A stretch of 64,000 nt of DNA from the human T2T-CHM13v2.0 reference genome, Homo sapiens. Below, piece after piece: positions 12,901 to 28,300 of the stretch; the stretch's first letter is position 1, and each line of letters begins with the position of its first letter. The notes under the pieces were generated by a model. That model did not search any database. It was not told the origin of the DNA and saw nothing but the letters and a program-made list of their open reading frames with translations. The stretch is from NCBI GenBank assembly GCA_009914755.4, contig CP068257.2:2016001-2080000 (forward strand). Direction: 5' to 3'. The translations under genes and the position numbers were made by a program.

Positions 12901-15900
12901 AACGGTATGGAGTGGAATTGAATGAAACGAAATGGAGTGGAGTGGAATGGAATGGAATGGAATATATTGGAATGGAGTTGAGTGGAGTTGAATGGAATGG
13001 AGTGGAGTGGAGTGAAACAGTGTGGGGTGGAATGGAGTGGAGTGGAGTAGAGAGAAGTGGAATGGAATGCAGTAGAGTGGAATGGAATGGAGTGGAGTGG
13101 AGTGGAATTCAGTGGAATGAAGTGGAGTGGATTTCAGTGAGGTGGAGTCAAGTGGAAGAGAATGGAATGGAAAGGAATGGAATGGAATGGAATCGAATGG
13201 AATGGAACGGAATGGAGTTAAATGAAATGGAGTGGAATGGAATGGAGTGGAACGGAATGGAGTGCAGTGGCATGGAATGGAATGGAGTGGAGTGGAATGG
13301 AATGAAAGTGGATGGAATGGAATGGGGTGGATTGGAGTAGAGTGGAATAAAATGGAGTAGAGTCTTGTAGAGTTGATTGAAGTGGAGTGGAATGGAGTGG
13401 GAAGGAATGGAATGGAGTGGGGTGGAGAGGATTGGAGTGGAATGGAATGGAGTGTAGTGAAATGGAGTGGAGTCAAGAGGAATGGAAAGGTATGGAGTGA
13501 AGAGGAATGAAAGGGAATGGAGTGGAATGGAGTGGATTGGAATGGAGATGAATGGACTGGGGGGAATGGAGTGAAGTGGAGAGGATTGGAATGGAGTGGA
13601 GTGGAATGGAATGGAGTGGAATGGATTGGAATTTAGTGGAGTGGATTGGAATGAAATGGAATGGAATGGAGCGGAGTGGATTAGACTAGAGTGGAATGGA
13701 ATGAAGAGGAGCAGAGTGGAGTGAAGTGGAGTGGATGGTAATGGGATGGAATGGAATGGAGTTTAGTGGAGTGGAGAAGAATGGAATGAAGTGGAATGGT
13801 GTGGAGTGAAGGGGAGTGCAGTGGAGTGGAATCGAGTGGAATGGAATGGAGTCGGGTGAAGTGAAATAAAATGGAATGGGGTGGAATGGAGTGGAATGGA
13901 ATGGAATGGAATGCAATGGATTGGAATGTAGAGGAGTTTAGAGCAGTAGAGTGGAGTGGAATGGAATGGAATTGAATGGAGTAGAGGGGAGTGGTGTGGA
14001 GTTGAGTTTAGTGTAGTGGAATGGAGAGGAGTGGGGAAACGTGGAGTTGAGTGGAGTGGAGTGGAATGCAACGGAGTGTAATGGAATGGAAGGGAATGGA
14101 GTGGAGTGGAATGGAATGGAATGGAATGGAATGGAATGGAACGGAACGGAATGGATTGGAGTGGAATGGAGTTTAGTGTAGTGGAATGGAATTGAGTGAA
14201 TGGAATGGAATGGAGTGGAGTGGAGTGGAATGGAATGGAATTGAGAAGAAAGGTATGGAATGGAATGCAGTGGAGTGGAGTGGAATGGGATGGGATGGAA
14301 TGGAGTGGAATGCAGTGGAGAAAATTGGAGTGGGGTGGAATGGCATGGAATGGAATGTAAAGGAATGGAGATAAATGGAATGGAGTGGAATGGAATGGAG
14401 TGTAGTGGAATGGAAAGGAATGGAGTCGAGTGGAAAGGAATGGAATGGAATGGAGTGGAGAGGAGATGAATGGATTGGAGTGGAGTGGAGTGGAGTGAAG
14501 CAGAGTGCTGTGAAATGGAGAGAAGTGGAGTGGAGTGGAGAAGAATGGAATGGAGTGGAGTGGAGTGGAAATGAATGGAGTGAAGAGGACTGGAATGGAG
14601 TTTAGTGACTTGGAGTTGCGTGGAACTGAATGGAATGGAAAGGAATGGAATGGAGTAGAATGGAGTGGAATAGAATGGAATGGATTTAAATGGAATGGAG
14701 TTGAATCGAATGCAGTGGAACAGAATGGAGTGCAGTGGCATGGAATGGAATGTAGTGCAGTGGAACGGAATGAAAACGGATGGAATGGAATGGAGTGGAG
14801 TGGAGTAGAGTGGAATGGAAAGGAGTGGAGTCTTGTGGATTTGAGTGAAGTGGAGTGGAATGGAGTGGAATGGAATGGAATGGTGTGGGGCAGAAGGAGT
14901 GAAGTGGAAAGGAATGGAGTGGAGTGGAGTGAAATGGATTGGAGCCGAGAAGAATGGAAAGGAGTGGAGTAAAGTGGAAGAAAATTGAATGGAGTGGAAT
15001 GGAGTGGATTGGAATCGAGTGGAATGGACCGGAGTGGAATGGAATGAAGTGGAGAGGATTGGAATGGAATGGAATGTAGTGGAGTGGATTGGAATGAAAT
15101 GGAATTGAATGGATTGGAGTGGAGTGGAGAGGACTGGAATGGAATGGAATGGAGTGGAGTGGAGAGGAGTGAAGTGGAGTGGAGGATAGTGGGATGGAAT
15201 GGAATGGAGTTTAGTGGAGTGGAGAAGAATGGAATGGAGTGCACTGGAGTGGAATGGAGAGGAGTGAAGTGGAAAGGAGTGAAGTGGAGTGGAGTGAATT
15301 GGAGTGGAGTTGAGTGGAATCGAGTGGAATGGAATGGAGTGGAGTGAAGAGGAATAAAATGGAATGGAGTGGAATGGAGTGGAATGGAATGGAACGGAGA
15401 GGAGTTTAGAGCAGTGGAGTGGAGTGGATTGGAATGGAATCGAATTGAATGGAGTGGAGGGGAGTGCCATGGACTTGAGTTTAGTGTAGTGGAATGGAGT
15501 GGAGTGGGGTAGCGTGGAGTTGAGTGGAGTGAAGTGGAATGGAATGGAGTATAACGGAGTGGAGTGGAATGGAGTGCATTGGAGTGGAATGGAATGGAAT
15601 CGAATCGAATCAAATGGAGTGGAAAGGAATGGAATTTAGTGGATTGGAAAGGAATTGAGTGGAATGGTATGGAATGGAATGGAATGGAGTAGAGTGGAGT
15701 GGAGTCGAATGGAAATGAGTGGAATGGTGTGGAATGGAATTGAATGGAGTGGAGTAGAGTGGAATGGAGTGGAACGGGATGGGATGCAATGGAGTAGAGT
15801 GCAGTGGAGAATATTGGAGTGCAGTGGAATGGCATGGAATGGAATGGAATGGAATGTAAAGGAACTGAGTTAAATGGAATGGAGTGGAATGGAATGGAGT

Positions 15901-18900
15901 GCAATGGAATGGGGTGGAGTGGAGTGGAAAGGAATGGAGTGGAGTGGAATGGAAGGGAATGGAATGGAGTGGAGTGGAGTTGAATGGATTGGAGTGGCGT
16001 GGAATGGAATGCAATGAAGCGGAGTGGTGTTGAATGGAGAGCAGTGGAGTGTAGTGGAGTGGAATGGAATGCAGTAGAGTGGAAAGGAATGGAGTGGAGT
16101 TGAAAGGATCGGAGTGGAGAGGAGTAGAATTGAGTGGAGTGAAGAGGAGTGGACTGGAGTTTAGTGGCGTGGAGTCGCGTGGAACAGAATGGAACGGAAA
16201 GGAATGGAATGGAGTAGAATGGAGTGGAATGGAATGGAATGGAGTTAAATGGAATGGAGTTGAACGGAATGGAGTAGAATGGAATGGAGTGAGGGGGAAT
16301 GGAATGGAATGTAGTGGAGTGGAATGGAATTGAATCAGATGGAATGGAATGAGGTGGAGTGGAGCCGAGTGGAATGGAATTGAGGGGAGTCTTGTGGAGT
16401 GGAGTGATGTGGAGTGGATTGGAGTGGAAAGGAATAGAATAGAGTGGAGCGGAGTGGAGTGGAGTGGAATGGAATGGAGTGGAGTGGAGTGAAATGGAGT
16501 GGGGTTAAGGGGAATGGAAAGGAGTGGATTGAATTGGAATGAAATGGATTGGAGTGGTATGGAGTGGACTGGAATGGACTGGAAGGGACTGGAGTGGAAA
16601 GGAATGAAGTGGAGAGGATTGGAATGGAATGGAATGGAATGGAGTGCAGTGGAGTGGAAGGGAATAGGGTGGAATGACATAGTGCAGAAAGAGTGGAGGA
16701 GAATGGAAAGGAAGGTAATGGAGTTGAGTGGAAGAAAGTGAAATATTGTGGAGGGGAATGGAGTGGAATGGAGTGAAAAGGAGTGGAATTTAATGGAATG
16801 GAATAGAATGGAAAGTAGTGGTGTGGAGTGGAGTGGAGTGGATTAGAGTGGTGTGGAAAGGAATGTAATGAAATGGAATGGAAAGGATTGGAATGGAACT
16901 GAATGGAATGGAACGGAATGCAATGGAATTAAATGAAATAGAATGGAATGGATTGGTTTGGAGTGGAATGAAGTGGAATGGAATGGAGTGTAGTGGAATT
17001 GAATGGAATGGAGTGGTGCAGAAAGGAATTGAATGGAATGGAATGCAATGGAATGGAGTAGAGTGGAATGGAACTGAAAGGAGTTAAGTGAATGGAATGG
17101 AGTGGATAGTAGAGGAGTGGTGTGGAGTGGACTGGAGTGGAGTGGATTTGAGTAGAGTGGAATGGAGAGGAATGGAGTGGAATGGAATGGAATGGCGTTG
17201 AGTGGAGTGGAATGGAGTGCAGTGGAGAGGAATGGAAAGCACTGAATTGGGGAAGAGTGGAATGGAATGGAATGTGGTTTGAAAAGGAATGAAATGGAAT
17301 TGAGTGCAGTGGAGTGTAATGGGGTGGAATGGAATGGAGAGGAATGGAGTGGAGTCGAGTGAAGTGTATTGGAATGGAATGGAATGTAGTGGAGAGAAGT
17401 GGACTAAAGTGGAGTGGTCGGAATGGAATGGAATGCAGTGGAATGGAATGCAATGGAATGGAATGTAGTGGAGTGGAGTGGAATGGAGTGTAATGGAGTG
17501 GAATGGAATTGAGAGGAACGGTATGGAACGGAATGGAGTGGACTGGAGTGGAGTAGAGTGGAGTGGAGTGGAAAGGAATGAGATGGAGTAGATTGCAATG
17601 GAATGGAGTGGAATGGAATGCCGTTAAACGGAATGGAGTGGAATAGAATGGAGTGGAGGGGAATGGAACGGAATGGAGTGGAATGGAATGAAATGGGATG
17701 GAATGGAATGGAATGGAATGGAGTGGAGTGGAGTGGAGTTGAATGGAATGGAGTGGAGTGGAGTGGAGAGGAGTGAAGCGGAGTGGAGTGGAGTGGAATG
17801 GAATGAAGTGTAGTGGAGTGGAGTGGATTGGAGTGGAAATGAGTGGAGTGAAGTGGAGTGGAGTTTATTGAGCTGGAGTCGAGTGGAACAGAATGGAATG
17901 GAATGAATGGAATGAAATGGAATGGAAGAGACGGAAGTTAAAAGGAATGGAGTGGAATGGAATGGAGGGCAGTGGCATGGAATGGAATGGACTGGAGTGG
18001 AATGGAATGAAAAGGAATGGAATGGAATGGAGGGGAGAGGAATCGAGAGGAATGCAATGGAGTATAGTCTTGTGGAGTGGAGTGGAGTAGAGTGGAATGG
18101 AATGGAGTGGAGTGCAGTGGAATGCAGTGAAGTCGTGAGGAATGGAACGGAGTTGAGTGAAGTGGAATAAAATGGAGTGGATTTTAATTGAGTGGAATGG
18201 AATGGAGTGGAATGGAGAGAACTGGAGTGGATTGGAATGGAATGGAATGGAGTGGAGTGCAGTGGAATGGAACGGGGTGGAATGGAATAGAGTGGAAGGA
18301 GTGGATTGGAATGGAAAGGAATGTAATGGAGTTGAGCGGAATAAAGCGGAATATTGTGAATTGGATTGGAGTGGAATGGAGTGGAATGGAATGGAATTGA
18401 GTGGAATGAGGTTAAAAGGAGTGGAATATAATAGAATGGAACAGAATGTAAGGTAGTGGCATGGAGTGAAGTGGAGTGGATTGCAGTGCTGTAGAATGGA
18501 ATGCAATGGAAAGGAAAGGAATGGAATGGAATGGAATGGACTGAAATGAAATGGAATGCAATGGAATGGAGTGGAGTGGAATGAAGTGGAATGGAATGGA
18601 GTCGAGTGGAATGGAATGTCATGGAGTGGACTGGAATGGAATGGAATGGAATGCAAAGGAATAGAATACAGTAGAGTTGAATGGAACTGAAAGGAGATAA
18701 GTGAAATAGAGTGGAGTAGAGTCGAGTGGAGAGGAGTGGAGTGGAGAGGAGTGCAGTGGGGTGGAGTGGAATGGAGTGGATGGAGTGGAAAGGAATGGAA
18801 AGCAGTACAGTGGAATGGAATGGAGTGGAGTGGAATTGAGTACAGTGGAATGGAGTGGAGTGGAGAGGAATGCAGTGGATTGGATTGGAGGAGAGTGGAA

Positions 18901-21900
18901 TAGAATGGAATGTAGAGGAGTGGAATGGAAGGAAATGGAATTGAATGTGGTGGAGTGGAATGGGGTGGAATGGAGTGGAGTTGAGTGAATGGGATGTAAT
19001 GGAAAGGAATGGAATGGAATGGGATGGAATGGAAAGGAATGGAATGGAATGCAATGGAATGGAATGGAATGGAGTGGAATGGAATGGAGTGGAACAAAAT
19101 GGAGAGGAGAGGAAAGGAATAGAATTAAGTGTAGTAGAATGGAAAGAAATGGAATGGCATGGAGTGGACTGGAGTGGAGTGGAAGGTAATGGAGTGGAGT
19201 AGAGTGGAGTGAAGTGTAGAGAAGTGGAGCGGAATGGAATGGAATAGAGTGGAGTGGAGTGGAATAGAATGGAGTGGAGCAAAGTTGAATGGAGAGGAGT
19301 GAAGTGGAGTGGAGTGGAGTCAAGTGTAATGGAATGGATTTGAGTGAAGTTGATTAAATTGGAAAGGAGTGGAATGGAGTGGATAGGAATGGAGTGGAAT
19401 GGAGCGAAGTTTAGAGGACTGGAGTGGAGTGGATTGGAGTGGAATGGAATGGAATGGATTGGAGTGGAGTGGAGTGGCATGGAGTTGAGTAGAGTGGTGT
19501 GAAATGGTGTGGTTTCGATTGTGGTGGAATGGAATTTCATGGAGAGGAATGGAATGGATTTGAAGGCAAAGAAATGGAATGGAATGCAATGGAATGGAAT
19601 GGAGTGGTATAGAATGGAGTGCAATGGAATGGAGGGGAAAGGAGTGAAGTGGAGTGAAATGGAATGGAATGGAATGGAGTGGAATAGATTGGAATGGAAA
19701 GGAATGGATTGGGGTAGAATGGAGTGGAATGGAATGGAATGGAATGGAATGGAATGGAATGGAATGGAACGGAATGGAATGGAGCGGAGTGGAGAGGAAT
19801 GGAACTCGGTGGAATGGATTGGAATGCAGTGGATTGGAATGGAATGGAATGGAATGGAATTGAATGGAATCGAATAGAATAGAATAGAAAGGAATGGAAT
19901 GGAATAGATGGTAGTGGAGTGGAATGTAATGGAGTGGAGTGGACTGGAATGTAGTGGAGTGGAATAGAATGGAGTGGAGAGGAGTGCAGTGCAGTGGAAT
20001 GGAATGGAATAGAATGGAAAGGAATGGAATAGAATGGAATGGAATAGAATAGAATGAAATGGAGTGGAATCAAATGGAGTGGAAGGGAATTTAGAGGAGT
20101 GGAATGGAATGGAGTGGAGTGGAGTGGAATGGAATAAAATGGAATGGAACGGACTGGAGTGGAGTGGCGTGGAATGTAATGGAGTGGAGTAGAGTGGAGT
20201 GAAGTGTAAGGGAGTGGAGTGGAATGGAAAGGAACTGAGTGGAATGGAGTGGATTGGAATTGAATGGAGTGGAGTAGAGGGGAATGGAGTGGAGTGAAGT
20301 GGAGTGGAGTGGATTCGAGTCAAGTGGAAGAGAATTGAGATGAGGGAAGTTGAATAAAATAGAAAGGAGTGGAATGGAGAGGAATGGAAAGGAGTGGAAT
20401 GGAGAGGAATTTAGAGGACTGGAGTGGAGTGGATTAGAGTGGAATGGAATGGATTGGAATGTAGTGGAGTGGAGTGGCGCAGAATTGTATGGAGTGGAGT
20501 GGAATGGAGTCTTTGGGATTTTGGTGGAATGGAAGGTATTTTTAGTGGAATGGAGTGGAATGGAATGGAATGGAGTGGAATGGAATGGAATGGAATGGAA
20601 AGTAATGGAATGGAATGAAATGAAATGGAATGGAATGGAATTTAAAGGAAAGGAGTGGAATGGAATGGAGTAGAATGGAGTGAAGAGGAATGCAGTGGAG
20701 TGTAGTGGAAAGCAATCGAGTGGAAAAGAATGGAATGGAGTGGAATAGATTGGAATGGAATGGAATGGAGTGTGGTGGAATGGAGTGTAATGAAGCAGAA
20801 TGAATGGAATGGATTGGAATGGAATGGAATTGAAGGGAATGAAATGGAGTGGAATGGTGTGGAAGGGAATGGAATAGGGTGGAATGGATTAGAATGGGGT
20901 GGATTGTAGTGGAATGGAATTGAATGGAGTGGAGTGGAATGGAATGAAATAGAATGGAATTGAATGGAATGGAATGGAAAGGAATGGAATGTAAAAGAAT
21001 GGAATGGAAAGGAATGTAATGGAATGTAGTGGAGTGGATTGGAATGGAGTGTCGTGGAATGGAATGGAGTGGTGTGGAATTGAATGGAGTGGAGTGGAGT
21101 GGAATGGAATGGAATGGTGTGGATAGCAGTGGCGTGGAGTGGAGTGGAATGGAATGGAATGGAATGGAATGGAACGGAGTAGAATGGAATGGTGTGGAAG
21201 TCAATGGAGTCCAATGCAATGGGGTGGAATGTAGTTGAATGAAATGCTGTGGAGTGGAATGTAATGAAATGGTATGCAATGGAACGGGGTGGAATGGAGT
21301 GGAATGGTTTGGAATGAAATGAAACGGAGATGAGTGGAGTGGAGTGCATTGGAATGGAGTGGAATGCATTGTAATGTTATGGAATGGAATGGAGTGAAGT
21401 GGAAAGGAGTGGAGTGGAGAGGAATGGAATGGAATGAAATGAAATGGAGTGGAGTGGAGTGGAATGGAATGGAGTGGTATGTAGTGGTGTGGAGAGGAAA
21501 TTAATGGAATGGAGTGGATTGGAATGGAATGGAAAGTGGAGTAGAGTTGAATGCGATGGAATGGAATGGAATGGAATTCAGTTAAAAGGAATGGAGTGGA
21601 TTGGAATTCAGTGGAATAGAATGGAAAGGAGTGGTGTGGAATGGAATGGAATGGAGTGGAGTGGATTTGAATGAAATTGAATGGAATGGAATGCAGGGGA
21701 GTGGAGTGGAGTGGAATGGAATGGAGTTGAGTGGAGTGGAGAGGAGTGGAGTGAAGTGGATCGGAGTAGAGTGTAATGGAATAGAACGGATTTCAGTGGA
21801 GTGGAGTGGAATGGAATGGAGTGGAGTTGAGTGGAATGGATTGGAGTGGAGTGGAGGCGAGTGGAGTGGAATTGATTGGAGTGAAGTAGAATAAAAAGGA

Positions 21901-22399
21901 ATGGTGTGGATGGAGTGTATTTGAATGGATTGGAACGGAATGGAGTTTAGAGGCGTGGAGTGGAATGGAGTGGATTAGAAAGGAATGGAGTGGAGTGGAA
22001 TGCATTGTAGTGGCGTGGAGTCAAGTGGAGTGGAGTGGAATGGAGTGGTTCTTATGGTGGTGGAATAGAATGGAATGGAGTGGAATGGAATGGAATGGTG
22101 TAGAATAGAAAGGAATGGAAGTGAAAGTAAGGGAGTGGAATAGAATGGATTGGAATGCAGTGGATTGCAATGGAATGGAATGGAGTGGAATGGAATGGAA
22201 TGGAATTCAATGGAATTGAGTGGAGAGGAGTTTAATGGAATAAAATGGAGTGGTACAGAATTGAATGGAATGGAGTAGAGTGGAGTGGAGTGAAATGCAA
22301 TGGAGGGGAGTGAAGGGGAATGAAATAGAATGCAATGGAATGGAATTGTATGGAATGGAGTGGAGGTGAAAGGGATCGAGAGGAGTGAAATTGAATGGA

Positions 22400-25300
22400 A
22401 AGGAATGTTATGGAATTGAAAGCAACGGAATGGAAGGGAGTGGATTGCAATGGAATGGAATGGAATGGAGTGGAATGGAGTGGAGTGGAGAGCAGTGGAA
22501 TGGAACGGTGTCGAGTGGAGTGGGGTGGAACAGAGTGGAATGGAATGGAGTGGAGTGGAATGGAGTCGAGTGGATTCGAATCGAGTGGAATAGAATGGAA
22601 ACGAATAGAATGGAAAGGGATGCAGAAGAGAGGAATGCAGTGGAATGGGTTGGAGTGGAATGCACTGCAGTGGAGTGGATTGGAAAGGAATGGAGTGGAA
22701 TAGAATGTAGTAGAATGGAGTGGAGTGAAGTGGAAAGGAATGGAGTGAAATGGATAGGAGTGGAAAGGAGTGGAACGGTTTGGAGTAGAATGTAGTGGAA
22801 TCAAGTGGAGTGGAAAGGAATGGAACGGAATGCATTAGAATGGAATGGAATGGAGTGGAATTGAGTGGAGAGGAATGGAATGGAATAGAATGAAATGGAA
22901 TGGAACAGAGTGGAATGGAATGTAATGGAATGTAGTGGAGTAGAGTGGAATATAATGGAAAGTACGGAAGTGGAATGGAATGGAGTGGAATGGAATGGAA
23001 TCGAATGCAATTTATTGGAATAGAGTGGAATGGAATGGAATGGATTGGAATGGAATGGAGTGGAGAGGTATGGACTGGAAGGGAGAGGATTGGAGTGGAG
23101 AAAAGTGCAGTGGAATCGTGTGGAATGGAGTGAAATATAACGGAATCTATAGGAGTGGAATGGAATGGAGTGGAGTGGAATGGAATGGAGTGGAGTGGAA
23201 TGTAATGGACAGGAATGATATGGAGAGAAATGGAGTTGAGTGGAATGGAAAGTAATGGAGTGAAATAGCATGGAATGGAATCGAGTGGAGTTGAATGGAA
23301 TGGAATGGAGTGGAATTGAGAGGAGTGGAGTGGAGTGGAATGGATTGCACTGGAATGGAAGGGAATTCTCTTGAATGGAATAAAATGGAATGGAATGGAG
23401 TGGAATGGAATGGATAGGAATGAAGTGCAGTTGTGAGGAATGGAATGGAATGGAGTGCAACGGATTGGAGTGGAATGAGGTGGAATGAAATTAATTAGAG
23501 TGGAATGGATTGGAATGGAATGGAATGGACTGCAATCGAGTGGCGTGGGTGGAATGCAATGAAATGGAATGGAGCGGAGTGGAGTGGAGTGGAACGGAAT
23601 GGAATGCAGTGGATTAGAGTGGCATGGTTGGAATTGAATGAAATGGAATGGAATGGAGTGCAGTGGAATGCAATGGTGTAGAGTGGTGTGGAGGGGAGTG
23701 GAGTGGAGTGAAATGTTGTGGAGTGGAGTGGAATGGAGAAAAACGGAATGGAATGGAGTGGAATCGAATGGAGAGGAATGGAATGGAGTGGAATGGAGTG
23801 GAATGGAATGGAATGGAATGGACTGGAATAGTATGGAATGGAATGCTATTGATCGAATGGAATGGAGTGTATTTGAATGGAAGACAATGGAATGGAATGG
23901 ACTGGCGGTTGGTGGAGTGGTGTAGACTGGAGTTGAATGGAATGGAATGGAATGGAGTAGAATGGAATGGAATGCAATGGAATAAAGGGGAATGGAATGG
24001 AATGGAAAGGAGTGGAGGGGAATGGAATCAAAAGGAATGAAAAGGAATTTTGGGGAGTGGAATGGAAATGAAAGGAATAAAATGCAATGGAGTGGATTGG
24101 AGTCGAGTGAAGTGGAATGGAATGGAGTGTAATGGAGTGGTATAGAATGGAATGGAATGGAGTGGATTGGAGAGAAAGGAGTGGAGTGGAGTGGAAGGGA
24201 GTGGAGTGGAAGGGATTGGAATGGAATGCAATGCAGTGGAATAGAATGGAATCAATAGGAGTGGAATGGAATGCAGGCGAGTGGAATGGAATGGGCTGGA
24301 ATGGAACGTAGAGAAATGGATTGGGGTGGAAGGGAATGAAATGGAGTGGAATGGAGTGCAGTGGAATGGTGTGAAGTGGAATGGAATTAAACGGAATGGA
24401 ATGGAGCGGAGTGCACTGAAGAGGAATGGAGTGGAGTGCAATGGAATGGAATGGACTGAAATGGAATTGTTTGGAATGGAAAGGAATGTGGTGGAATGTA
24501 ACGGAATGGAGAGGAATGGATTGGAGTGGAATGGAATGGAGTGGAAAGGAATGGAAAGTAATGGAGTTTACTGGAATGCAATGGAATGAAATGGAATGGA
24601 ATGGAATGGAATGCAATTGAATGGAGTGGAATGCAATGGAATGGAATCGAGTGGATTGGATTGGAATGGAATGGAATAGAATGGAACAGATTGGAACGGA
24701 ATGGAGTGGAACGGAATGGATTGTAATGGAATGGAATGGAATAGAATCGAATCGAATGGAATGGAAGGGAAGGAAAAGGAATAGAATGGAATGGATTAGA
24801 ATGGAAGGGAGTGGAGTGGAATGGAATGGAATCGAGTGTAGTGGAATGGAATGGAGTGGAATGGATTGGAATGGAATGGAATGGAATGGAATAGAATGGA
24901 ATGGAATGGAGGGGATTGTAGTGGAGGGCTGTGGATAGGAATCGAGGGGAGTGGAATGGATTGGAATGGAAGGGAATGGAATGGAATCGAATGGAGTGGA
25001 GGGGATTGGACTGGAGGGCTGTGGATTGGAATGGAGTGGAATCGAATGGAATGGAATGGAGTGGAGTGGAATGAGGTAGAGTGAAATGAAATGGAAGGGA
25101 ATGGAGTGGAGTGGGGTGGAATGGAATTGAGTGTAATGGTGGGGAGAGGATTGGACAGGAGTAGAGTGCAGTGGAATGGAGAGTAGCGGAGTGGAGTGGA
25201 ATGGAATTAAATGGAATGGAATGGAGTCGAATGGAATGTAGTGGAATGGAGAGGAGTGCAATTGAATGGATTGGAATGGAATGGGGTGGAATGAAATGGA

Positions 25301-28300
25301 GTGGAATGGAATGGAGTGTATAGGACAGGAATGCAATAAAGTGGAATGGATTGGAGAGGAGTGGAACCGAATAGAATGGAGTGGAAATGAATGAAATGGA
25401 AAGGAATGGAGTGGATTGGAATGGAGTGACGTGGAATGGATTGCAATGGACTGGATTGGAATGGACTGGAGTGGAATGGAGTAGATTGAAATGAAATGTA
25501 ATGGAATGGAATGCAATGGAATGGAATAGAAAGGAGTGGAATGGAGTGTAATGGAAAGGAACGGATCAGAATTGAATGGAATGGAATGGAGTGGAATGTA
25601 GTGGAGTGGAATGGAATGGAGTGGAGTGAAGTGGATTGGAACAGAATGGAATGGCATGGAATGGAATGGAGTGGATTTCAATGGAATGTAATAGAATGGA
25701 GAGGAATGTAGTGGAGTGGAGTGCTGTGGAATGGAATGGTGTGGAGTGGAGTGGAGGGGAATGGTGTGGAAAGAATGGAGTGGAGTGGAGCGGAATGGAG
25801 TGCAGTGGAGGGGAATACAAAGGAATAGAATGGAAAAGAATTGAATGGAGTGGAATGCAGAAGAGAGGAGTGGAGTGTAATGGATTGGAGTGGAATGTAA
25901 TGCAGTGGAGTGGATTGGACTGGAATTTAGTGGAATGGAATGGAAACGAGTACAATGGAATGGAATGGAATGGAATGGAGTGGGGTGGAGTGGAATGGAA
26001 TGGAGTGGAAAGCAGTTGAGTGCAGTGGATAGGAATGGAATTTAGTGGAATGGAATGGAGTGGCATTGAATGAAATGGAATGGAATGGAATGGATTGTGG
26101 TGGAGTGGATTGGAATTGAGTGGAGTGGTATAGAATGCAATGGAATGGAGTGGAGGGCAACGGAGTGGAGTGGGGTCGAGGGGAATAGAATGGAATGGAG
26201 AGAAATTGAAAGGATTTCACTTGAATTGAGTGGATTAAAGAGGATTGGTATGGAACGGAGAGGATTGGAAAGGAGTGGAATGGATTGGAGTGCAGTGGAG
26301 TAGATTGGAATGGAGTGGAGCGTAATGGAATGGAATGGAATGGAGTGGAACGGAGTAGAGTGAAATGGAATGGAGTGGAACGGAGTGGAGTGAAATGGAA
26401 TGGAGTGGAACGGAATGGAGTGGAATTGATTGGAGTGTAGTGGAGTGGAATGGAAAGGAATGAAACGGAGTGGAGCGTAATGGAATGGAGTGGAACGGAA
26501 TGGAGTGGAATTGATTGGAGTGTAGTGGAGTGGAATGGAAAGGAATGAAATGGAGTGGAGCGTAATGGAATAGAAAGGTTTGGAGTGGAGTGGAATGGAA
26601 TGGAGTGGAATGCAATGGAGTGGGGTGGAGGGGAATGGAATTGAGTGGAGTGGAATAGAAGGGAATGGAATAGAATATCGTGGAGTGAAGTGGAGTGAGG
26701 TCGACTGGATGGTAATTGAAAGGAATGGAATGCAATGGAATGGAACGTAGTGGAATGGAAAACAGAGGAATGCAAAGGAATGGAGTGGAATGGAATGGAC
26801 TAGAGTGGAGTGAAGTTGAATGGAATGTACTCGAATGGCATGGAAAGAAATGGAATACAATGGAGTGGAGTGGAATGGATTGGAGGAGAGAAATGGAATG
26901 AAATGCAATGGAGTGGAGGGGAGTGAAGTGGAATGGAAACGAGAGGAATGTAGTGGAGTGAAGTGGATTGGAATGGAATATAGTGGAGCTGAATGGAATG
27001 GAGTGGAATGAAATGGAACGAAATGTAATTGAATGGAAAGGAGTGAAGTGGAGTGGAATGGAATTGAGTACACTGATATGGAATGGAATGGAATGGAATG
27101 GAATGGAATGGAGTGGAGTGGAGTGGAGTGGAGTGGGGTCGACTGGAATGGAATTGAATGGAATGGAATGGAATTGAATGGAATGGAATGGAATTGAATG
27201 GAATGGAATGGAATAGATTGGAATGGAAATGAATAGAATGCGATGGAGGGGAGTGCAATGAAATGGAACGAAAGCATTGGAATCGAATGGAGTGGAATAT
27301 AATAGCATGGAATAGATGGGAATGGAATGGAGTGGAATGGAGTGGAGTGGAATGGAATAGAGCGGAATGGATTGGAGGTGAGTGGAATGCAATGGAGTGG
27401 GATGGAGTGGAGTGGAATGGAATCGAATGGATTCCTGTGGAAAGGAATGAATTGGAATGCATTGGAGAGGAATGGAGAGGAATGGAGTGTAGTGCAAAGG
27501 AATGAAGAGGAATGGAATGGAGTGGAATAGAGTTGAGTGGAGTGGAATAGATTGGAGTGTAATGGAGTTTAGTGGTGTGGAATGGAATGCCGTGGAATGG
27601 AGTTGAATGGAGTGGAATGGAATGGAATGGAATGGAATGGAACGGATTTGAATGGAATGGAGTGGAATGGAATTGAGTGGAATTGAGTGGAGTGGAGAAA
27701 ACTGCAGTGGAGAGGGGTCGAGTGGATGGGAATGGAATGGAATGGAATTGAGTGTAAAGGAATGGAGTGGAGAGGAATGGAATGGAATGGAGTGGTGTGG
27801 AATGGAGTGGAAAGGAATGGAATGGAATGCAATGTAGAGGAGTGGTGTGGTGTGGAATGGAATGGAGTGGACTGGGATGGAATGAAATGGAATTGAATTT
27901 AATGGAATGGAATGTAATGGAGAGGATGGGAGTTTAGTGGAATGGAATAGATTGGAATGGAGTGGAGTAGAATGTAACGGAATGGAATTGAGTGGAGTGG
28001 AATAGAATGGAATGGATTGGAATTTAATGGACTGGACAAGAGTGGAATGGAGTTGAGTAGAGTGAAGTGGAATTGAATGGAATGGAATGGAGCGGAATGC
28101 TGTGGAGTGGACTTGAGTGGAATGGAATACAGTGGAGTGAAGTTGAATGGAAAGGAATGGAATGGAATGGAATGGAGTGGAGTGGAATAGAATGGAGGAG
28201 AATGGAATGGAATGGAATGGTGTGGAGTGTAATTGAATGGAATGGAATGCAGTGGAATTGAAAGGAAAGGAATGGAATGCAATGAAATGGAGTGGAGTGG

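Noticed and set aside
20505-20545. T-rich patch (ctttgggattttggtgg…ggtatttttagtgg) as a poly-A/T tail of an inserted retroelement
   Set aside because: The patch is only ~40 bp, has no adjacent non-satellite sequence, and has no target-site duplication. The flanks are continuous pentamer array. It is most likely local decay.
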